Under the pieces are notes generated by a model. It was not told the DNA's origin, made no database searches, and saw nothing but the letters and a program-made list of their open reading frames with translations. Shown here one piece after another: positions 56,973 through 64,000 of a stretch of 64,000 bases of DNA. Every line of letters starts with the position of its first letter. The stretch's first letter is position 1. A program made the translations under genes and the position numbers. Location: the NCBI GenBank assembly GCA_963669175.1, contig OY769902.1, positions 4,192,001 through 4,256,000 of the forward strand, given 5' to 3'. This DNA comes from a bacterium. GTDB lineage: Bacteria; Electryoneota; Electryoneia; Electryoneales; Electryoneaceae.

Positions 56973-59681
56973 ATGGTCATGACCAGAAGGATGCCAGCAG
57001 GGTTTGTTTGTATACTCATCAGTGTATTTCTGCTATCAAACGCATGGGCTGGACGACGCTTGTACGTGTTGCCCAGTGAAGATATCGAACTTGATGAGAT
57101 GCCCGCCATCCAGGCATTGAGTTCTTCAGTTCAATTCGAATCTCCCCTGGTTCAAAACGCACCGGTTGATGCTCGCTATAATCTCCATCGCTGGAAACTG
57201 GTCGAGCTGGCTGACGACGCAGATGTGGAAGCTGTCCGCTCTTTCCTCGAATCCCGTCCAGAAATAGCGGTAGCCGAGTTCGCTCCGGATCGTTCCATTT
57301 TTGCCGGTGGCGAGCTTGATGAACGTATCAATGATCCCTTTGCTTCGTTGCAGTGGCACCTGGACATCATTGATGCTTATGCCGCGTGGGACCTGGTGCC
57401 GGATGCTTCACAAGCGGTTGTGGCCATTGCCGACCTTGGGATTGCCATGGATCATCCGGACCTGGAAGATGCCCTCTGGACGAATACTGCCGAGGCCAAC
57501 GGTCAACCCAACGTGGACGATGATGGGAACGGGTATATTGACGACATCCACGGCTGGGACGCGGTAGACTGGGATGGCGATCCCACCCCAAGCAGTGGCG
57601 CTTATCATGGTACGCATGTTGCCGGTATCACCGGCGCTACGGCTGACAATAATCGTGGCGTTGCGGGAGTTGCTCCCGGCGTCAGGCTGATGAACCTTCG
57701 AATCGGAGCCAACAATAGTTTCGGAGCGGAACCCAGTTATGATGCGGTGATTTACGCTGTGCTTAATGGCGCAGACGTCATCAACATGTCCTATGGTGGT
57801 TCGGATAACAGCCTGTTTGAGAAAACACTGTTCGACTGGGCGTGGGATAATGGCGTGGTACCGATTGCGGCAGCGGGGAACAACGGCAGCCAGGTGAAGC
57901 AATACCCTGCCGCCTATGAATCCGTGATCGCGATTGCGTCAACCGATCCTGACGACCGCCTGTCCAACTTCAGCCAGTACGGAACCTGGGTGGATATTGC
58001 CGCTCCGGGCTCAGATATCATGAGTACTGTTATTGATGGTTACAGCTATGACAGCGGCACCTCCATGGCTTGCCCGGTTGCAGCCGGTGTGGCAGCACTA
58101 ATCGTTGCCTCTGATCCAAGCCTGTCACCCGCCGGAGTTCGCGCCCGCCTGATGCAGGGTTGCGAACCCCTGTACAATGTCGGCAATCCCGGTGTATTGA
58201 ATGGTCGGGTCAATGCGTATCGCGCAGTTCTTGGGAATCGTCCTGCACTGGAGCTGATCGATATCAGTTTCACCGGAAGCGGCGCTTACGGGCTGGTAGA
58301 ACCGGGGGATCATGCGAATGTTTCCCTGACCCTGGACCTGCTTGGCGCAAATGCCGGAGCTGTTCAGGTTGGCTTGACAACCTTGAGCAGCTCGATGCCT
58401 GCCAGCGGTACAGCGACTATCAGCAATCAGTCCATGGGACAATTTACCGTTGATCAGCTCGTTCTGGACATCGATGAAGATCTCGAACGTGGTTTCTACC
58501 CTGTTGGCTTAACCCTTTATGCTGACGGCTACCGTGACACAATGACTGTTACAGTGCCGGTAAGTCCGCCCTGGCTCGTGCATGAGGCGGGCGATATGCG
58601 TGCTACTGTCACAGACTTCGGCGCTATCGGTTTTACAGATCTGACCGGCCAAATGCTGGCAGATGGCGTGCGTGTTGAAGGTGTGCCCGGCTCCCCCCTG
58701 ATTCACGGATCATTGCTGGTGAATTTCGGGAACAGGGTATCCGATGCAGCCTATAACTTCGAGTTTGAAACTGTACTGAATGGCGAGATTCACCAGATAT
58801 ACTCCAGCGAAGGCTACCAGGTTTACCAGGCAACCTATGCTCACGAGATGTCCGGCCCTACGGAAAGCAACCGTGTTGCCCAGAGAACCACGTCCGACCC
58901 GGATGGCGGTAACTGGGTGATGTTCGAATATGAAGTAACCCGGACATCCACCGGTTCCGATCCTTACCGCATCGGGATGTACTGTGACTGGGATTTCCGT
59001 CCCTACCATGACAATACGGTCGGTTACGATCAATCACTTGGCCTGCAATACATACAGGGATCATCTGGTGCAGGCGGTATTGTGATCCTGGATGACACAG
59101 ACCTGTCAGCCGTAGTAGCTATTGATAATTATGACTACATCTATGATGGTTTTGCTGATACTTCAAAGGTAAGTTTAATGTCCAGTGGAACAGGCCATGC
59201 TTCCTCGTCCACAGAGAATGACTGGTCACAACTGGTTGTCTATGATGTCGGCACCCTGGATACCTGGGAATCGGCAGTTGTGCGCTTTGCGATCGTTGCC
59301 GGAACAACCGTGGATGAGATTAAAACAGCCGCACAGCAGGTTCGTGCTGTTGCTGGCGTTATCGCTGCGCCACGTTCCACATCGGGGCAAAATGGACTGG
59401 CGACCGATTTCTCCATCAGCCAGGTTTATCCTTCCCCGTTTAACAGTTCGACACGGATAGAAGTGGCGCTTCCCGGAACAGGACAGACAACGGTAGAGAT
59501 ATTCAATACCCTGGGCCAGAAAGTATCTGAATTGTATTCCGGTAATCTGCAAGCCGGGCATCACAGCTTCACCTGGAACGGAATGGGTTCAGACGGCCGT
59601 TCACTGGCATCCGGCCTGTACCTTGTCCGGGCACGTTTCACAGGAAATGAAGCGATGCGCAAAGTGATATTGTTACGTTAA
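56973..59681 (+). CDS. Secreted subtilisin-like S8 serine peptidase with C-terminal FlgD/T9SS-like sorting domain
   Basis: IADLG (Asp), HGTHVAG (His), AAAGN, SGTSMACP (Ser); DDDGNGYIDDIHGWD; C-terminal YPSPFN..IFNTLGQKV..WNG..LASGLY..KVILLR. Confidence 0.93.
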   Translation: MVMTRRMPAGFVCILISVFLLSNAWAGRRLYVLPSEDIELDEMPAIQALSSSVQFESPLVQNAPVDARYNLHRWKLVELADDADVEAVRSFLESRPEIAVAEFAPDRSIFAGGELDERINDPFASLQWHLDIIDAYAAWDLVPDASQAVVAIADLGIAMDHPDLEDALWTNTAEANGQPNVDDDGNGYIDDIHGWDAVDWDGDPTPSSGAYHGTHVAGITGATADNNRGVAGVAPGVRLMNLRIGANNSFGAEPSYDAVIYAVLNGADVINMSYGGSDNSLFEKTLFDWAWDNGVVPIAAAGNNGSQVKQYPAAYESVIAIASTDPDDRLSNFSQYGTWVDIAAPGSDIMSTVIDGYSYDSGTSMACPVAAGVAALIVASDPSLSPAGVRARLMQGCEPLYNVGNPGVLNGRVNAYRAVLGNRPALELIDISFTGSGAYGLVEPGDHANVSLTLDLLGANAGAVQVGLTTLSSSMPASGTATISNQSMGQFTVDQLVLDIDEDLERGFYPVGLTLYADGYRDTMTVTVPVSPPWLVHEAGDMRATVTDFGAIGFTDLTGQMLADGVRVEGVPGSPLIHGSLLVNFGNRVSDAAYNFEFETVLNGEIHQIYSSEGYQVYQATYAHEMSGPTESNRVAQRTTSDPDGGNWVMFEYEVTRTSTGSDPYRIGMYCDWDFRPYHDNTVGYDQSLGLQYIQGSSGAGGIVILDDTDLSAVVAIDNYDYIYDGFADTSKVSLMSSGTGHASSSTENDWSQLVVYDVGTLDTWESAVVRFAIVAGTTVDEIKTAAQQVRAVAGVIAAPRSTSGQNGLATDFSISQVYPSPFNSSTRIEVALPGTGQTTVEIFNTLGQKVSELYSGNLQAGHHSFTWNGMGSDGRSLASGLYLVRARFTGNEAMRKVILLR

Positions 59682-59702
59682 GGTTTCCTGGAGAGGCCGT
59701 TC

Positions 59703-62357
59703 ATGTTTACAAACATCGCACGGGCCGCTGGCCCGTTTTTATTGTTGACCGGATTATTACTGGCAGCCCCTGCAATCGCAGCCGATTCGCCAATCATTCC
59801 CGGGTGTGCAGTTATCCATTTTGCCACTGTCCCCTCTTGGCAGTCGGCCGATCTGGCTTCCTCCGCCCCGACTGGTTACGCGCCCTTGGATGCAGCCTTG
59901 AAATCCATGGAAGTCAGATCTTTCCGGCATGAATTCGGACCGGTCGAAACAGGGTATCGTGTGCTGCGGTATGATCCGGAAATTCCGTTTGAAGTGATTC
60001 AGCAGGCCTTTGCACCTATTCCCGGCATACTTGCTGTGGAGCCGGACATCGCCCGTCCTGTCGCATCTTATACACGCAGACCGAATGATTTTCTGTTGCC
60101 CGCCCAATGGCATCATGAGGCGATCAACTCACTGCGTGGGTGGGGAATTGTGAACGGTAGCGACGACGTTGTCATTGGCATCATTGACAGCGGGGTCGAG
60201 TACATACACCCTGATCTCGCCCCGATCATGTGGGTAAATGAAGCGGAAGACTTGAACGGTGACGGCACCTATAGCATGTATGACATGGATTTAGAGGATA
60301 ACGACGGCAACGGGTATATCGATGATGTACTCGGCTACGACTGGGTTGACATTTCAACTGATCTGCTCTATCCCGGTGAAGACGGCGCACCACAGGATTC
60401 CGACCCTGCCGATTTCGGTGGTCATGGCACCCACTGCGCGGGAGATGCGGGAGCAGCCGGATTCAACCATATCGGCGTAACCTCAGCCGGATCAGGATGC
60501 CGGATTGCCGCACTCCGTGCGGGATACACAGGCGCAAGCGGTCAGGGGTATGTTGGGCTGTCTGCCGCAACAAGCGCTGTCTATTACGCGATCAACATGG
60601 ATTTTAATGTTCTGAGCATGAGCTTCGGTGGTTCCGGCAGCAGTCCGAGCTATTTCTTCAACGCCATGCAGGCAGCAGCCGACTCCGGCATTGTCCTTTT
60701 GGGCGCAGCAGGAAATGAATCTTCGTCCACGCCATCCTATCCCGCAGCCAATCCCTTTGTCATCGCGGTCGCCTCATCACAGGAAGGCAACACCCTCTCT
60801 ACTTTCAGCAACTACGGCGACTGGGTCACGATTACTTCACCCGGCACACAGATACGCAGCACACAGATCGGCCTCGGGTATGGCAACATGGACGGCACCT
60901 CTATGGCCTGCCCGGTTGCGGCGGGAGTAGTCGCACAGTTGAAAGCGCTGCGTCCTGAGTGGGGTTATGATGAAATCGTCGCCCGTCTGTCCGAAACCGC
61001 ACAACCTATGAACCAGTATGGAACCGGGGCAGGACTGATTGACTTTGGCGCTGCGGTGGACATGTTTGTCAGTGTGGATTCGCTTTGGACTGTCAATGCA
61101 AACGATGGTAATCGTTTGCATTTCGATGAAACCGGAACCCTGGGAATCCGCTGGCACAAACGTGATGGTAGCGCAACCAATGTGCTGCTTGAATTATCAA
61201 ACGAGGACGAACGTATCTACCTGGAAACCGAAGCGTTTACTATCGGTGATGTATCCGGGGGTGAATCGGGAACCTGCGAAACTGAGATTACCATCAGTTC
61301 CGGCTCATTGAATTTGGAAACCTTTGAATTCAATGCCACCATTTCAGGATCGGATGAGAACAACGAGTTTTTCACCTATAACCAGGTTCTTACTTTCAGG
61401 GTCGGAGCTGCCCAGGCGCTGGTGATCAATGCGGATCAGGGCGGAAAGGAGCGCATCGATTACTGGCTGCAGGAAACCCTTGAGACAGCGGAATATGAAG
61501 TTGAAGTTATAGTCCGTGATGATATCCAGGATCTTCCCAGCCTGCTGGATGAATACGATATGGTCATCACGTTGACCGGAACAGCCGAAACTGACCTGAT
61601 ATCCAGTGACGATTACGCCTCCTACGCCTCCTATGTCGCTCAGGGCGGACACTGGCTGCCAAGCGGGCAGAATGTGGCGCAGGATCTGGCGACCTCTTCC
61701 CCATTAACCCTGGACACGCTTTTCCATGTTGACTATATCGCAGAGCATGCCAACCGTCTGGCTATTCACGGCATCGACGAACAGGAGCTGACTGCTGATT
61801 TGTACCTTGTCATGGCCGGTCCGGGCGGCGCCTGGAACCAGACCAGCATGGATGTACTGAATGCTCGTGAGGGCGCCACGCCCCTATTCGTGTACAACCC
61901 TGACACACCGGATGAGCTTGGTGGTGTACTGATACGAAGAGGGTTGGGTGAAATAGCCTATTGTGCTTTTGGTCTGGAGGGGATCAACGACTCCACACAG
62001 ACAGCCTCAAAAAGGGAGGATTTCCTGATCAGGCTTTTCACTCACTGGGGAAATCCGAGTTCTGTACAGCAAACCACAGACGGCAACACTCCGGACGATT
62101 TCACCTTTAAAAACCTGTGGCCGAATCCGACCAATGGCTTTGTTACCCTGGATTTCTCCCTTTCACATACGGGCATTGTCACATTCACCCTGTATGATAT
62201 CCTGGGGCGCGAAATTCTGATGAGGAAGAACCATTATCATCCCGGTAGTCATTCACTATCACTTGAGTTGCCCCCTCAGCTCGCCAGTGGGCAATATTTC
62301 ATCAGGGTCGCAGGCAGAAATGCCCAGCAAGTACGTACCTTTACGCTGATCAAGTAG
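59703..62357 (+). CDS. Secreted S8 serine peptidase with C-terminal T9SS-type sorting domain
   Basis: IIDSG, HGTHCAG, GAAGN, DGTSMACP; C-terminal WPNPTN..YDILGRE..LASGQYFI..TLIK. Confidence 0.93.
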   Translation: MFTNIARAAGPFLLLTGLLLAAPAIAADSPIIPGCAVIHFATVPSWQSADLASSAPTGYAPLDAALKSMEVRSFRHEFGPVETGYRVLRYDPEIPFEVIQQAFAPIPGILAVEPDIARPVASYTRRPNDFLLPAQWHHEAINSLRGWGIVNGSDDVVIGIIDSGVEYIHPDLAPIMWVNEAEDLNGDGTYSMYDMDLEDNDGNGYIDDVLGYDWVDISTDLLYPGEDGAPQDSDPADFGGHGTHCAGDAGAAGFNHIGVTSAGSGCRIAALRAGYTGASGQGYVGLSAATSAVYYAINMDFNVLSMSFGGSGSSPSYFFNAMQAAADSGIVLLGAAGNESSSTPSYPAANPFVIAVASSQEGNTLSTFSNYGDWVTITSPGTQIRSTQIGLGYGNMDGTSMACPVAAGVVAQLKALRPEWGYDEIVARLSETAQPMNQYGTGAGLIDFGAAVDMFVSVDSLWTVNANDGNRLHFDETGTLGIRWHKRDGSATNVLLELSNEDERIYLETEAFTIGDVSGGESGTCETEITISSGSLNLETFEFNATISGSDENNEFFTYNQVLTFRVGAAQALVINADQGGKERIDYWLQETLETAEYEVEVIVRDDIQDLPSLLDEYDMVITLTGTAETDLISSDDYASYASYVAQGGHWLPSGQNVAQDLATSSPLTLDTLFHVDYIAEHANRLAIHGIDEQELTADLYLVMAGPGGAWNQTSMDVLNAREGATPLFVYNPDTPDELGGVLIRRGLGEIAYCAFGLEGINDSTQTASKREDFLIRLFTHWGNPSSVQQTTDGNTPDDFTFKNLWPNPTNGFVTLDFSLSHTGIVTFTLYDILGREILMRKNHYHPGSHSLSLELPPQLASGQYFIRVAGRNAQQVRTFTLIK

Positions 62358-62374
62358 CGTCAGGAGGAGAACAC

Positions 62375-63724
62375 ATGATCCTGCATGCGGCCGTAGTGGT
62401 TTGTGATGCTGAAGGTACCATCTATTCACCCGGCGCGGTACGGATAAAACGTACCGGCTCAGACCGTGGCTGTATCCTTGCAGCCGGTCCCCAATCCAAA
62501 GTCACCCCGGTTCCGGGCGAACCTGTCCTGGACCTTGGCCCACTCTGGCTTATACCCGGGTTGATTCAGGCCCATGTCCACCTGAATCAGACCTTGTTTC
62601 GTGGCCTCGCGGAAGGGTACCAACTGCTGGATTGGTTGCGTAAACGTATCTGGCCGTTGGAAGCGGCCCATGACTACGCATCCGTCTATGCCTCCGCACG
62701 TCAGAGTCTTGCCGAGATGATGTTGAACGGTTGCACCTCCGCCCTGACCATGGAATCTACGCATCACACCCAGGCCGCGTTCGATGCCTGCCAGGAAATG
62801 GGGATTCGCGCCCGAGTCGGAACTGCGCTAATGGATCGTACCGCGTCCGGGATGCCTGAAGCATTGTACCGTGGCGGGTTCGAAGCGCTGGTGGAAATGG
62901 TCGTATACGATCGTGAATATGGGGATGAGACTGACGAACGTGTGCGTGGGTGCGTCGCGCCTCGTTTTGTCCTGTCCTGCACGGATGACCTGTTTGAGAA
63001 AAGTATCGAAATCGCTTCCGAACATGATATGATCTGGCATTCCCATGTATCCGAAAACAGCATGGAATGTGAAGAGGTTCGTAAACAGACCGGAATGAAC
63101 AATCTCGAGTACTTCGGTCACATCGGGGCGTTGGGGCATAGCACGTCCCTGGCGCATGGTGTCTGGTTGACTGAAGCCGAGATTGAAATGGCAGCACGTG
63201 AAGGCGTGACCATTTTGCATTGCCCCTCGACCAACCTGAAATTGGGCAGCGGGATTTCCGATACCATGCACCTGCTGAATAAAGGTGTAACTGTAGCGCT
63301 TGGATCGGATGGCGCCCCCTGTAATAACCGTCTGGATATCTTTGATGAGATTCGTCTTGCCGGAAAGCTGGCGCTTCTGAAAGCCGGACCGGACAAGGTT
63401 GATCCGGCGAAAATTTTTGGTTTTGCCACATCAGGCGGAGCGAAAGCGCTTGGGCTGGATGGGAAAATCGGACGGGTTGCCGAAAATCATTTTGCGGACC
63501 TGGTCGCCATTAATCCCGGCTCGTTCGTAGGGGAAGCCTCTGATCCCGAACGTATCTATTCGCATCTCGTGTTCGCAGCGTCCGGTTCGGATGTTCAACA
63601 TGTCTGGATCGACGGGAAACAGGTTGTGAAGGATCGTGCCCTTCAGACTGTGGACCCGGCCGAAATTCTGGACGATTACAAGCGCCAGCGAACTGCGCTG
63701 CTGCACCGGGTCGATCTGCCGTAA
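62375..63724 (+). CDS. Amidohydrolase family protein (5'-deoxyadenosine/MTA-SAH deaminase-like)
   Basis: PGLIQAHVHLNQT, LLDWL..RIWPLE, HSHVSE, LAHGVW, HCPSTNLKLGSG, LGSDGAPCNNRLD. Confidence 0.9.
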   Translation: MILHAAVVVCDAEGTIYSPGAVRIKRTGSDRGCILAAGPQSKVTPVPGEPVLDLGPLWLIPGLIQAHVHLNQTLFRGLAEGYQLLDWLRKRIWPLEAAHDYASVYASARQSLAEMMLNGCTSALTMESTHHTQAAFDACQEMGIRARVGTALMDRTASGMPEALYRGGFEALVEMVVYDREYGDETDERVRGCVAPRFVLSCTDDLFEKSIEIASEHDMIWHSHVSENSMECEEVRKQTGMNNLEYFGHIGALGHSTSLAHGVWLTEAEIEMAAREGVTILHCPSTNLKLGSGISDTMHLLNKGVTVALGSDGAPCNNRLDIFDEIRLAGKLALLKAGPDKVDPAKIFGFATSGGAKALGLDGKIGRVAENHFADLVAINPGSFVGEASDPERIYSHLVFAASGSDVQHVWIDGKQVVKDRALQTVDPAEILDDYKRQRTALLHRVDLP

Positions 63725-63768
63725 GTTGGTTTCAAACAATAGTCAGTCTTGAAGACAGTGTTGCATCT

Positions 63769-64000
63769 TCACAACAACTTAATTTTTAATGAATTGCGAT
63801 TCATTCTTTTACAATAGCGCCTCGCTGAACAACAGCGTTTCCGGATGACAGGGTAGCGGCGAAAAATGGGACTGCTACCATATCATCTTTATCAAATCGG
63901 TACTTTGAATCAATAGTTGCCGAAATGGTAGCTGTACCGGATTTTTCGTCAGCTAGTTGTTCGAGATCAGCCGAAAATCCTGGGACAGCTACCTTTTCTG
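63769..64000 (-). CDS. Possible 3' end of a CDS entering from outside the window
   Basis: One minus-strand frame is open from the window edge to TGA at 63769-63771; no recognisable motif. Confidence 0.25.

Overview
Chromosomal window from a Gram-negative bacterium, probably in the FCB superphylum. This placement is inferred from FlgD/T9SS-like C-terminal sorting domains, a short RpoD-type sigma, and LolA/FtsK. The backbone is housekeeping, envelope and secreted-enzyme genes: MBOAT acyltransferase, sigma-70, HtrA, a SulP plus two-component cluster, tricorn protease, Ca/Na antiporter, TrmH, LolA, FtsK, PgsA, tRNA-Gly(CCC), pseudouridine synthase, LplA, flagellin, PEP carboxylase, two S8 proteases and an amidohydrolase. 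Mobile and accessory DNA includes an AT-rich NACHT/STAND NTPase gene beside gene relics, a complete IS4 element with a 9-bp TSD, and an IS110/IS1111-type element with a candidate bridge-RNA region. The most striking signal is non-coding. (1) Two copies of a mirrored multi-hairpin REP/REPIN-like element (15.3-16.0 kb and 41.1-41.75 kb) each carry the same 396-bp MITE with IS50/Tn5-like ends and a 10-bp TSD, at the same hairpin but in opposite orientation relative to the host; the MITE cargo is itself a REPIN-like element. (2) At four loci, tandem arrays with 13-42-bp units grow out of the outer ends of REP-like hairpins of at least three different families. Also notable are a membrane-spanning sigma-54 activator with a perfect -24/-12 promoter just downstream, and an archaeal-type gatD. 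All calls come from reading the sequence; no database searches were run.
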